DNA from: Zygnema circumcarinatum SAG 698-1b
Taxonomy: Eukaryota; Plantae; Zygnematophyceae
DNA: 64,000 nt
Assembly (NCBI GenBank): GCA_037447605.1
Contig: CM074813.1
Coordinates: 2,232,001-2,296,000 of the forward strand
Direction: 5' to 3'
Shown here: positions 29,401 through 42,000 of the stretch, piece by piece
How the letters are laid out: every line of letters begins with the position of its first letter
How positions within the stretch are numbered: the first letter of the stretch is position 1
Translations under genes and position numbers: made by a program
Notes under the pieces: model-generated
Seen by the model: only the letters and a program-made list of their open reading frames with translations
What the model was told of the DNA's origin: nothing
Database searches by the model: none

Positions 29401-32400
29401 GCTTTGAGCCGGCTTCAGCGAACCATGCCTCTTGCATTGGCATTCCCACCGGCCTATTCAATTTTCACAACCTACTGTGACATGCAGACTCAAGGGAGAA
29501 GTGGGTCTGAGGGTTTGGGTGAGAAGGGGCGTGAAGAGTTGATCGGCAATGAACGTGGTATGGCATCGGTTGCGGGAGCAGCTGCAGAAATTGTGAGTAA
29601 TGTGGCTTTTCGAGATGCCTGTTTGGAGGACACACGGTCTTTATATAGAGCTATATGCGGAGAGATGGTGATAGAGGGGAATGACGAGGGAGAGCTTGTC
29701 TCAACGATTCCTCGGCTGCTCTTGGAGGCCCTGCTGGAAGGCAGATTGCCAGATGTTAGAGGCGGTGCAAGAAATGGAAAATGGCAAGGAGTGAATGAGA
29801 ACAGAGGTGCTGCAGAAGTTAGTGAGGGGCAGATGGAGTTTTTGTTGAAAGTGTTGGATGAACTTCAACCAGCTACCTTTCACTGGCAATGGCTACTGCT
29901 CCGACTGCTGCTCAATGAACAGGTGAGCTACGCCTGTACAGGAACATCCATTTACCCATCGACCAAACGCACATCATCTGAATTGCTAAGCGTCCTTGTA
30001 TTGTTCCCCGTTCTAGCATTTGACCAATAAGGAATGAAGTTATAGAGTATGGAGCTTGAAACAGTAAACTTCACCTTTCCTTTTGTGGGTATGAGATATT
30101 AGTCTTCATAGTGTCCCCCCCCCTTTGCAGGTGTTGCTGGAAAAGGTGGCGAGTGGGTCTGCGAGAGCTCAAGCTGCTGCTGCAGCGGCTGACGGGCGAA
30201 GGTTGGAAGCTTCTCAGCTCTGCGAATGTGAAAAAAACTTTATTTCTGCCGTTTTGACTCGCCTTCTTGTGCGACCTCACGCAGCTCCTTTGTACAGTGA
30301 AGCGGTCCATGAGCTTGGGAAAGGGCTCGAAGACTCATTGATTCTGCAGGTGAGTTCTTAACGACAACTCTTTTCACGACAGCTTTATGAGTGATGATGT
30401 CATGCAGTATCCAGGCTTCGGAATGTGTAAGGCTGACCTGGATGATTTCCTGAAAGCAGCTTTCTCCGCCTTTTTGTGAGATTTGGATAAATATCTCATA
30501 ATGTGTGCAGCAAATATGTTTACATGTGAAGGGCAGCATTTGAGACCGTAAGGCTGGGTTTTGTGTACAGGTAAAGTGGGTTCTTGGAGGAAATCAAATG
30601 CTTCTTGGACACAAATCTTTGAGGCAGCATCTAGAAAACTACGCTGTCACACATAAATACTCCCTGAATCCATTTTTGGATAAGCAATCTCGATGGACTC
30701 CTGCCGTTCGGGGCCCAACAAGGCGTAGAGTAGCTTCATCAGGGCCAGGAATGGCAAAACTTATCCATGGGGAGGAAGGGGAAATAGGGACAGAGCCGGC
30801 AGAGGAGGGAGGGGCCGTAATCACTCACGAAGATATAAGCCGCGGAAATGAACGGTGGGGCAGCAAATTCCACAGAGTTACAAAAAAAGAGGACTTCCTG
30901 AAGGAGAATGACTATGAGGAAGATGAACCAGACCATAAGAGATGTCTGATTGAGCCTTTCGCAACAGAACGTGCCTTAGCCGAGCTTGTCCTCCCATGCC
31001 TCGCTCGCAGCTCTGACGAAACCCGGACCAGTTTTGCTTCCGAGCTGGTGAAGCAGCTGAAACAACTTGAACAGAGCTTATCTGCTTCTTCTCGAGTCAG
31101 CGAGGGAGGTGGTAGTGCGGGGGGGGGAGGTAGTATCGCAACAGCTCAAGGAGAGGGAGTGACCCCAAAGGGATTAGCAGCTAGGAAGGGCATTAGGGCT
31201 GGGGAATTTCTTGGTGGAAGTCCAGGAGGGCGGGGCCGTAGAACTCAAACAGGGGCGATGGAGAGCAGCGTTGCTTCTCCAGCGGCAATTCAAACCTCTG
31301 TTTGGCTCCGTCTGCAGTTCCTTCTTCCTCTTCTGCCGTTAATATATATGGCCAGGTGAGTGCATGTCTGTGGCCCAAAGGCTCCATGAACTTGTAAATT
31401 TGCTTGGAGATAGAGAGCTTTTTATCTTTAATGCTCACATATGTGGAGTTGGGGTTGCAGGGATCCCATTAAAACCACGCGCATAACGCTTGCTCATGTG
31501 CTTGTCCGGCTGCTCGCTCACCGTGCCATCCAAGAACCTGCAGAACCCCCGTTTCTATGTCGCAGTTCTGCTATGCAGGAGCAAAGAGCAAATCATGGGA
31601 ACCCTTCTCAGCAAGCGGAAGGGAGAGATAGTTTTCGAGGGTTGTTGAAGAAGGGGTGGAATCCACCCGCAGGTGGAGTGGCTGATTCACTCTCAGAGCC
31701 GGGAGGTGAGGGAGACGCAGCACAGTTGGCTGAATGTGCAGCAGCGGCAGCGGCAGCCATGGCTGGAGAGGAGCTATTTGATCGTTTGCTGCTTGTGCTT
31801 CATGCATTGTTAAGCGGAACATGGGCAGTGTGGCTTCGGCCCCCATTGGGAAGCAAAGCTCAGGCAAAACCAGTGCGGGAGGTCCTTCCAGAGGAGGCTG
31901 AGAGATTGCAGGTACACCCTTTTTCTTTAGCCATAGAAAGACAATAGTCAGACTGTGCTGCTGATGCAGCTCAAGAGAAGGTTGAACTAGACAAGTTATG
32001 AATATCCTTCAATGTACTTTTCTCTGAGCACGGCTCGCTCCGTTCGGTTCATTTCAATTGCGACATGTGAGACTTCGCTAGCGTATTCGGGTTTCTGTTA
32101 GAAGGTTGCTGAACTGAAGCCATTGGTTGGTTTTGCTGCAGAATGAGCTGGACCGCTCGCAGCTTGAAGAGCCTTACCATTCTCGACTGCAGGCTGCACT
32201 GCCCTTTTGCCCTCCCCCCCCTCCTCTTACAGTGTCTGCAGCGCAACCTGCGTTACCGGCAGCAGCTGCAGCCCTTGTTCATTCCTCAGCATCGCTCCAT
32301 AGTGGAGTGGCAGAGGGAGCAGCACAAGGGACTTCCGGTCCCCAAAGAGGACTTTCGGTGCTATCAATTAATGGCCAGCCTGGGAGAGCCCTTTCGAACC

Positions 32401-32588
32401 CCTCAGCAGATCAAGAGGTGGAGTTGGATCCATGGATGCTCCTGGAGGAAGGTAGTGGAGGAGGCACAGGAAATTCTACTTTAGGAAGTGAAGGCGGCCT
32501 TCAGAAAGCCACCGCTTGGTTAAAAGGAGCAGTCAGAGTTCGGCGAACGGGACTGACTTACGCCAGTTCTGTTGAGGACGAGATGTAA
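20475..32588 (+). CDS. MED12: Mediator kinase-module subunit MED12 (CCT/CRP-like), 15 exons, about 2670 aa
   Basis: Exons 20475-20554, 21061-21114, 21231-21290, 21921-22026, 22420-22497, 23036-23089, 23274-23381, 23596-23742, 24083(or 24074)-24421, 24580-27671, 27936-29922, 30131-30349, 30571-31355, 31461-31911, 32142-32588. Motifs RLGPPDFYP, KRKAGQVYGVPL, RKTLFEAL.RYNVPLLRATW, FLCEWAVCDFR, WLRLQFLLPLLPLIY, ELDPWMLLEEG, WLKGAVRVRRT.LTY. Confidence 0.93.
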
Positions 32589-34100
32589 GCTGTACAGATT
32601 TCACCACCGTATGGACAACCTTCCAAGAAAGTACGTGTTCTTGGGAGCAATGGGAGGTCCTGCCAGCAGCAGCTGAGAACCAAGTAGTCCATTTATTCAT
32701 CAAGTATTCTTAGTATGGGAGCATACCTCCACTGCTTTGTGCAATGTTGTTTGTCAGGATAAGCTTTATTCTTTCCGTCTAGGGAAGGAGCGGCATTAAA
32801 GGATAGATCGGAGTAGGCAGAGCGATAACAAATGGGGCTTGTTCAAGCCCCTTTCTATAATTTGCTCATAGGGCTGTTGAGGGCTGCTAGGGCCAAACAG
32901 GCACGTAATGTGTACAGTTTCAGTGCGAGAGACTTTTTTGGGTAGAACTCATCTGCATAGGAAAGCCTTATCAATGTTTAGAATCGCAACGTGGAGGCTC
33001 GGAACAGTCCAATCAGATTAGGCAGGCAATGTCGGACCTGGGAGAGCCTGGGGGAGGTGCTGCGGAAGCTCCTCAGTGAGGTCACACTTGAATTTTCCTC
33101 TAACAGCTGCTGTATAGAACAAACCTGGTTTCTAACAACCAGTTTTTGTGAGCAATCCCAAGCTGACTGGGAAGCCTGATCTCTAATATGAAGCTCTACG
33201 ACGTTTCCTCATCTCCTCCTTTCCTCCCCTCCCATGTCTTTGGAAGCGCCACAATTTTGGTGCTTGGTTCGAAAGATTGACTGATGTCATGGCCTTTCAA
33301 GCTTGTGGATCAAAATTGAGTTACTGTACCTTCTATATTTTAAACCTTGGACCTAATTTTTTTTTAGGAAGGGAGGTAAAAACTCAAACGCAAACTCAGT
33401 AACCGAACGTCATTTTCAACTCGGATCAGTGAACATTGGTTTTGGGTGTAAGTTCAATGTTCAGTTTTTCCTCATGAGGCTAGTTGCCTAAATTTTCTCA
33501 AAAAGTATTGGCGGTATCACAAGACATTGCATTAGCGGTATCCATCACTCCCTTTGTTCCATAGAGAACGATGGGATGCGCGCAGAATCATATACAAGGT
33601 GAGAATTGGAAGCACACTGATCAAAGTAAAGGTGACAAACGGCAGATGCAGCACTCTTTTAAAGCTGAAGATAAAACATTGCGCGCATTCAGGGAGTCTA
33701 AAGAGGGGAGGCAGGAAACAATGTGATGAAAGGTGAAGGATACGTTTCTTAGAAAGTATAGGACAGCTGTGGTATTTCTTTCAATACGCATGTAAAACTA
33801 CCACTCTGGATAGAAGAGATGACGATGGTCACCGACATGGACAGGCAACAAGATTAATTGATAAACTGTTCTACCATCACTATATTCTCTCTGGAAAATA
33901 AGCCGCCGTTCAGCTGTGAACTGTCTGAAATAATCCCTCCCTACGATGGCAAAGATGCGCCTCAGCTAACCGAAAGGTCTTAACGCCCCAAACGGCAGCA
34001 TCTCAACCCTACCTGCAAAACCCTTGTCTTGGAAAAATCTAATCAATGGCTAGAAAGATGTGCTGGAGTGATCAACCTAAGAGCCCTCGTCATTATGTTT

Positions 34101-35378
34101 TTAAGGGGTCATTGACAATATTTGAGTTGCCTTTGTTCTCCTCCCTTTAGCAGGCACCTTGAACGGGGTGACATTAACCACTTTCAATTTTTTCAACTTT
34201 TCCGCAGATCTAACTAGGCGTTTCTGATTGATTGGCCCCGGGCTGACCCCCGCCTTCAAAGCGCTTCCACGTGGACTGGCAGAAGGTGGCGTCCTCACTA
34301 TTGGTGGAGGCACTGGACCATTTTTGTCAAAAAGGAGATTGGATTTAAGGGAAAAGCGGACCTTCTTTCGACGCTTTGGTTGAGCAGACGTGTCTCCTCC
34401 TGATTTTGAAGCGGATTTTCCTTCTTTCACCTTTCCCCTCTCTACCTCGGCAACTAGCAAACCCTCAAGAACGTTAAGCTCTTCATGAAGAGAATAAAGC
34501 ACTCGACGATTTCCTGTAGCTGTATCAGGCGCCGCTGCTACGTCAAACAAACATTTCCTTATTTTCTGCACATCGTCCGCTGCAAGACCCCCCTCTTGAA
34601 CCCTGACAGCGACCTCTGAATCCAACCCTGTCGCAGAGGGACTCCTCCGACTGTCATATGCCTGCCGAGTTGCCTCAATTAATCCCGAAAAGATTCTTCG
34701 CTGAACTCTTTCTAACATGCGCTTGTCAGAAGCTTTCTGCAAGCATGCACAAAAGGGCTCCAGCAAGGGGAACATGCTTATCTTGCTCAAAGCTGCAACC
34801 TTGCGAAGTTCCTCCACATACACGTCCCCAATATGCAGCTTCATACCAAGAGCAGCATGGCGGTCGTCTCCGAGCAAAGCAATGTCTCTGAGGCTCGTCA
34901 TAAAGGAACCTACAATCTCCTCTTTCCAATTATTTGAGGCGAGTAAAGAGAACATGGAAGAAATGAAGGAGCGAAGCAGGAGACAAAACTTGTCAAGTCG
35001 CAAGCGGTCGATTCCAGGCCATTCTCGGCCCATTGTGACCAAAAATACGGAAAAAAACCGGAGCGACATAGCAGGATCTAGCGCATGAAGCATGGCGGCC
35101 ATGGATCTCGCTAAATCAGCCTGCACGGGGACCTTGTCTGTATGCCAGAAGCAGTAGAAAAGGCCTTTCCAAAGCTTTCTGAGCTCATCCTCCTGGATTT
35201 CCTTCCTTGCCTTCAGCCATTTGGTAAGAACTGCAAGGCCTCTGTCCCGAGTTCTCTTATCTGAGGTTCCTAAACTGCGAATGAGCGAGCTTGCCTTCAG
35301 GGATTGAACGGAGTTGCTGCTCAAGGCAGCCTCCTCCTGCACGACATCGCTTCCCTGCGAGCTGAGAGGGCCCGCCAT
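34101..35378 (-). CDS. RRP1: Ribosomal RNA processing protein 1 (RRP1/Nop52 domain), intronless, 425 aa
   Basis: Single ORF with KLWKGLFYCFWHTDK and REW.GIDRLRLDKF, plus the plant-type C-terminal KKVRF...TPP...PRGSALK.G. Confidence 0.93.
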   Translation of the reverse strand: MAGPLSSQGSDVVQEEAALSSNSVQSLKASSLIRSLGTSDKRTRDRGLAVLTKWLKARKEIQEDELRKLWKGLFYCFWHTDKVPVQADLARSMAAMLHALDPAMSLRFFSVFLVTMGREWPGIDRLRLDKFCLLLRSFISSMFSLLASNNWKEEIVGSFMTSLRDIALLGDDRHAALGMKLHIGDVYVEELRKVAALSKISMFPLLEPFCACLQKASDKRMLERVQRRIFSGLIEATRQAYDSRRSPSATGLDSEVAVRVQEGGLAADDVQKIRKCLFDVAAAPDTATGNRRVLYSLHEELNVLEGLLVAEVERGKVKEGKSASKSGGDTSAQPKRRKKVRFSLKSNLLFDKNGPVPPPIVRTPPSASPRGSALKAGVSPGPINQKRLVRSAEKLKKLKVVNVTPFKVPAKGRRTKATQILSMTP

Positions 35379-35684
35379 GGCAAAATGAAGCTCTATTGCG
35401 GGGAGAGGGACGGCCAGGCTCTTCCTCCGGCCATGGCGGCTGACGAGCAGTGTAAGCTACCCCTTCCAAGGCTTTCCCCTTCGCTCCAGAGGCCGGTCAG
35501 AAGGATGGAGAGGCTCTATGCTCCACTGTCCGACGCTCCGTAGAACAGCCTCAACGATACATGGAATCCCATGGCGATCTTCTACAGCCGTAATCCACGT
35601 GTCATTCGGGGCAATTAAAGTACGGGTTTTTTCGCAAACGGGGCAAAGGAAATTTCCAAATGGAAACGGCGATTCGAAAATTGG

Positions 35685-35772
35685 CCAATGTGAAGTGACC
35701 ACGTAAGTATTATTCCCTTTCCACTTTTCTTTATGTAATAATAATAGCTTCAGCCAATCGTATCGTGCCACA
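35685..35772 (+). promoter_or_regulatory. Two ERSE-like motifs in the RRP1/cyclin H divergent promoter
   Basis: CCAAT-gtgaagtga-CCACG at 35685-35703; CCAAT-cgtatcgtg-CCACA at 35754-35772. Confidence 0.65.
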
Positions 35773-36012
35773 ATAACACATATTCCGCTCTATGTCCAGT
35801 TATACGACTATGCACATGCGTTGGCCAGCGTGAACTCCATGCAGTTCCAGTTTCAAAATTGCGCTGTGCTCATGTGACCGTTGAGCACTGTCCGCTGTCA
35901 CGTCACGTACAGAACACAGTGTTAGGGCTTGAAGCCCTGGCCCTGACTCGGCCTATTTTCTTGCTCGGACTGGCAGCCAGGGAGGAGGAGGAGGAGACAT
36001 CTCGCTGCCGCC

Positions 36013-39000
36013 ATGTCGGACTTCTCCACTTCCACGCAGCGTCAGAAGTGGATCCTGACCCCTTCCGTGCTGGTAAGAAGCTCTTTCTCGGTCACTCTGT
36101 TTCTCTGGCCCCATAGTCTGCTGTTGTCCACAAAGCGGCTGTGTGTTACGACTGGCAAGTTAGCACCTTGGGCCCGTCTCCTTTGCCTTTTTAATTGATA
36201 TAAGGCATGGTTTCTGAACTCTAAAATTCGTGCCTTGCTTCACCGTTTTGGTTGAAAGGAATTCACGCTCACTCCAAAGGTTCATTCGCTGTGTGCTAAT
36301 CTCCTGCTTCATTCTTGTCGAGAGAGGAGCCATTAACGTATTCCTTATTCTACATTCAATTTTTTTGACTGAATTTGCATGCATGCATGTTTGTACTTAA
36401 GTTATAAGGTTGCATTGGCTTCCTTGACAGACTGAACGCCGCCTTGCAGCAAATGCTCGAGCTGCCGAGTCTCTCAAAATGGTGAGTGAAGCGACGTCTC
36501 TCATTACATACTTCTACTTATTTTAGCCAGTAATCGATAGGAGGTCTTACCAACACAATTTGCAAGGGCGTCAATGCACTCTAATGTCTTTAGTGATCAT
36601 CCGCAGAAGTTGAAAGGATTCGTAGAGTCAGGTTATGTTGTTGTCTTGGGTAACCTATTTGACGGGGGACGTGTTGCAAGGGCTACGGCGAAGTCAGCCT
36701 TTGGGAAAGTTTTTGACCTTGTTGACGAGCTTTTGTGCCCTAACTCAGCACATCTGCAAACACTTGGTCCAGTGGGTGAACCTCGGCATTTGTTTTGCTA
36801 CCTTTGTATCTTTCCATTTCTTTATTTTTTATCAGCGCAAGAGTGCCATTTATTGACCACTTTCTCTAATCGAGCTTTGACGGTTGTAGACCTTGCGTGA
36901 CGGTCATGCACCACATTCAAGTTGTCACGCTGTATGAAGGTAGTCATTTTAAGAGTGAACCTTGCACAAATGTCTTATGCTTCTTGTATGACAACAAACA
37001 CATAGAAGTGTTATGTCTTCGTGTCCCTTAGAACGGCTGACACCGAATGTGATGGATGGATTACTTTATTGGAGAGTTTGTATAACAAGTTGATATGACT
37101 ACTTCTGGATAAGTTTCATGTGGTTTGTACTCGTCTTTTTGCCCTGATGCCTGCAGCATGGGACGACCAAAGTGGAGCCACAGGCAGATGGTTCAAGTGC
37201 ACTGATTTCTTCATCAGGAGGTCTGTTTTCTGCTGAAGCGTTACCTTGTGTATTTTCCAAGAACAGAGGAATGCTGATTGTTGGTGTAGTTTATTGACAC
37301 TCTGTATATTTTCTTTGAAAATTTGCCACCCCCTCCTTCATCTTGGTGGAGGATGGGTTTAAAGTGGTGAAGATTCGATTTGCACCCACATGTTCACACT
37401 TTCTAGTAGTTAATGTGTTCTTGAGAATTCGCTGTTTTGCCGTGGGAAAAAACTACTACTACTTGACATTACGAGCAAGTCGCGTCAGTCTCGGTGAGGT
37501 TCATCTCACGTTAAACTTTTCCGGGTTGAACTCAAAGCAGATGCAAGGACGGAGGCAAGTAGTATGGACCCAAATACACCCTTACCGGAGCCTCTATCTA
37601 CTCAAGACGAATCAATTATACGGAAGTTTTATGAGCTGAAGATACAGCAAGTCTGCGAGGCCTTTAAGTTTCCTCCGAAAATTCAGGCAAGTGCCAGGTC
37701 CTTTCCTTGGTCTCTTTTTTTTTTTTTTTTTTTTTTTTAACCTAAGCTTCATTTCATTCGCCATCGGAGTGAACTTTAAGATACTTTAAGTTTGAAGGTA
37801 CTTCAGAGTGGGGGAGTGAGAGGCGGAGTGAGAGAGGTTGGGAAGAAGCGGGAGAGGGCTCCTAGGAAGTTTTTGTTAAGATTGTTCAACACCAAGCTTT
37901 GCCTCTTAGGTGATTGCCTTGAAGAAGTTATTTAGGCGAGAATTATTGAACATTGATGGAGTTAGTTTGCTTAGATAGGGCTAACCTATGTGACCTTTCA
38001 CATTCAGGCAACAGCTATCATCTACTTTAAACGATTCTATCTGCAATGGTCGGTGATGGAGCATGACGCTAAACATATCATGTAGGTTGCCTATGGAGCC
38101 AAGGAAAGAAATTGAAGAACAAAGTCGTTCTGCCTAAAGAGCAGTTGTTTTTTCAATGATGATGCTTTGTCCCCTGAAGTCAATGTAGCACCCCCTGATT
38201 AAATGATGTGCAAAGATATCAAAATACACGCAAAATTTCTGTTTAGTTGATTCTCAGTTCGGATGTTTTCCCCGTCTGGTGGCATCCTAGCCGGTTTGAA
38301 ACTAGGCGTCACTTTTGCAATGAAGGCATCAAACAAGGCTCTTTCATTCTCAGGAAGATGCAGTTTTTGAAGGAATGTTCTGCTGATCGGCTGCAGGCTC
38401 ACCTGCATATATGTCGCCTGTAAAGTTGAAGAGGTCTATGTGTCGGCAGAGGAATTTGGAAAGGGCATCCAACAAGACCCTCAAGTGGTCCTTACGAACG
38501 AGCTTACAGTTCTTCAGGTAAGGATCAATGCGAGTGGAGGTCCGACCTGGATGCATCAATTTTAATTCAATGAGGACTTTTGCAAACAATCTAATTCAAG
38601 CTTGATTCACTTCTTGTTGCAGGGTTTGGAATTTGAACTTATCACTTACTCTCCGTACCGATCTATTCAAGGCTTTCTGGCAGACTCTGAGGTATTTGGA
38701 GATCAAGAGTCCTTCATTGTTGAAGTCCAGATCGCCATGCCTATCTGAAATATGTAAAAGGCAGCTCCATTTGTTGACAATAGTTTATACTGTCTTCCTG
38801 GTAGTATTCTAATGTACCCGTAAAAAGAAAGAATTGACCCTGGACTCTCTGCCTCTCTCATGCAGCCATTTGTGATGGACTCCTCTGAAACCGATAAAGG
38901 AGACACGAAGGTGACTGAAGAAGGAACTCGCAGATGGAATGTAAACATAAAGCAGCTAATCAGTTCAATCATCAAACCACACACACACCTTCACACATTT

Positions 39001-42000
39001 TCCAAACATCTTTTCGACGTTTCAAAATGACGAACCGTTCCTTCCGTTGGAGGGAGACTCACTATGAGCTCTTTGCCCCCGATTCACAGGACCTTAAAGT
39101 GGCGGCGTATGTGGCAGCAGACAGCATGATGCTGACAGATGCGCCTCTGCTATATCCTCCTGGCCAGGTTTGACCTGACTCAGTAACGTGTTTTATATGA
39201 CGAGAAGGGAAGAAGGGGGAAGGGAAGTTTGATTTTCTAGCAGTGGTTTGTTGGGTAAAGTTAGGCTCTTCGTGTTCTCAAGTATTTGCATGGTGGTGTC
39301 GTGCAGCTTGCCTTGGCATCTCTTTCTATCGCTAACAATAGAATCAATAAACTTGACTTTAACAGGTAAGTCTGCCATCCATCTCTTTCTTAGAGAAGAG
39401 GAAGCTATGCAATGGGCTATTTGAATATTCGTTGTTTGTTCAACTGAATTTTGGCAGAGTCATAGACTGAATTTGCAGGGTCTTTCCAACACGAGTTCCT
39501 CTTTGGACTGCCACACAAAGAAGCTGTTCTTGTTCGATTTCCATGTGTACTTTCACTTTCACTGTGTTTGTTTAGCATTACGGAAACTTGCATATGTACC
39601 CTGTCCGATGCTATTATTGCTGCTTTCGTTTTCCAACTTCAGGTCGTGCGACTGAAATAATACGCAGTGACTTGAAGACCACGATTGGTGCAGATACTTG
39701 ACGAGTCTAATCGCAAGGAAAGGAAGTGGCCATAGTCAAGAAGAGCTTTCGAATATTCTTCAGCAAATAATCCAACTGGTGAGATAAGCTCCATAGCTAT
39801 TACTGTCCCCTACTCTTCCTACTCGTAGCATGGCTTGTACTCATATGTTGGCCAGAGAGAGCCTCATGTAGCGAATGTCCGGATATTTATTCCCATATTG
39901 TAGAGAGTTGACTCACTCCCTGACCTTTGATGTTCACGCTCTGACTCACTTCGGGTTGAGGAAATCGACTACTTTCGCAAATAAGCTGAAATATTTTCTC
40001 TACGTGCCTGTGAAACAGTGTGGGGGCAAACCAGCAAGACCTCCATGTCTACTGTATGGAAAACAGCAATGGATGATGTAACTCACTCATTGCTCTTTTC
40101 CATGTACTTGGTGATAGTGATTTGAGGAGCTAAGTGTACAGGTCTTTACTGACTTTGGTCAAATCCTGCCGCATTCACGCTGTCTATTAACCGCCCTCCG
40201 TACAGCAGTTATGCTTGACGAAAACATTCGTACAACCGAACGGTTCATCTGACGCATGTTGTCAGCATGATTCTGCTGTACTTTCTGCCGTACGATTTGC
40301 GAAGAATCTTGAGGGCCCTTTCATACGATTTCGATCTGTTACTGCACAAAGTGATTCCTTTCCTCGTGTCGCGCATCTCCCGAACCATCATCGCATCTCT
40401 CGCGAACTTTACATGATATGATTGAATGGGATTCACTTGACATTCGCATGTTAATGACGTCAGCGGTAGCAGATGAAGATAACGGAGGCGAATATGGCAA
40501 TGATTGGAGGTGTGCTGGTTGACTGATCATTAAGTACTGTGCGGATGGAGTCGAAGGTTGAATGTAGTCTTTTGTGTGGGTCATGTTCAACCCTGGAGAG
40601 GATTCATCTTCAAATTCTTACTGCGACGGTTTGCATCTCACCAAGGTGTCTATGCACGAAATTTTGACAGTCATAAGTTTTTGGATTATTATTATTGTTA
40701 CATTATTATTATTATTGTTATAGTCCTAGTGAGAAAAGTTCGAAGCAGTTTTCCTTTACTGCTGTCGTAAACGTTTGTATTTGCGCTAGTGCAATGTCGA
40801 AACACAAGGTGTACGGCCCAGTAATGGAAAGAGCATCTAAGGTTATTAGAGTAGTGGTTCTATCAGCTGGTTGGGCTTCCATTGTGCGATTTGGGAGTTT
40901 CCTCAAATCGTTAATGTAGTGCATTCCTTTTGTTGTAAAATGTTGATCGATACGTCACTTTGGTACACACCTTTTGGTTTTGGCTCGACTATGAATATCT
41001 CAAGGTTGAATGCAGTTAGAAAGTACTATTCAACCTTTGGAGGCAGTAACTTCCCATTGGTATTATAAAACTAAGCCAGTGTCTCCTTTTTTTGGCAGGC
41101 CACGGCAGTCATTCTCTTCTGTAATTAGAGTTCCCACTGAAAGATAGCATACGATATGCATTGATATATTTTATATGAGAGTTGTTAGACAATAGTCTAT
41201 GTTTACAGAATTTGTTTGACTTTTTCTTAAAATCAGACAATCTCCCGCTTACAGAAATCACCATCGGTGTGGTTGTCTGAATAGGGATCTTGTGCACGTG
41301 GTGCATATGGGGGGTGCAGAATATATTTCTTAAGAGAGTCTGAAATTGTTTGGTGGATTGCGCCAACAAGATTTTGTAAAGGTATGAAGTTCAGAAGCAC
41401 AGACAATCAAAAAAAAAATTGAAAAAGAAAAGGACAATGAAGAAACATGTGAAGTCTGAAGTCTGGATAAGTATTTGTAGCTTTCCTTTTCTGTTTTTGC
41501 AAACTACTTTCTGTAGCCACCTTTGTAGGATACCGTAATCTATTTAGTGACTGTTGAAAAAACACGGACGATATCACTGACAGTATGGTAGCCCTACAAC
41601 TATGATATGGACAAAATTTGGGAAGCAGGGAACTTGATGAAGGCATTAGTCAGGTCCGGGTGCTTAGTTTTGTGAAGCTACCATAGCGCCATTTGCACAA
41701 CACTGATATTCTCTGTAAGGTAGTAAAGTATTTGCAAGGTTGTATTTTCACTATGAAGGTCTTTAGTACATTTTTGTTGTGTTCAGATTCGTGGCATGGT
41801 AAAGGTTTGCCTGGCTGAAGACTGTTGCGATCTAAACGTAACAAAAAGGATGTGAATTATATTTACTTCCAGACTAGCTTTGAAGAGTTCAGAGTTGATT
41901 GAAAGAGTCAGGTTTGCAGCTATAAGTAATCAGCGATGACTATTGGCCTCTGTTTGAGAATGCTTCCCTTCTATTTGGGAATGTCGTTTTTTCACATTAT

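Noticed and set aside
33300-33480. Weak resemblance to the reverse of 13020-13080 (possible degraded TE remnant)
   Set aside because: Similarity is limited to short AT-rich words and cannot be distinguished from chance by eye.
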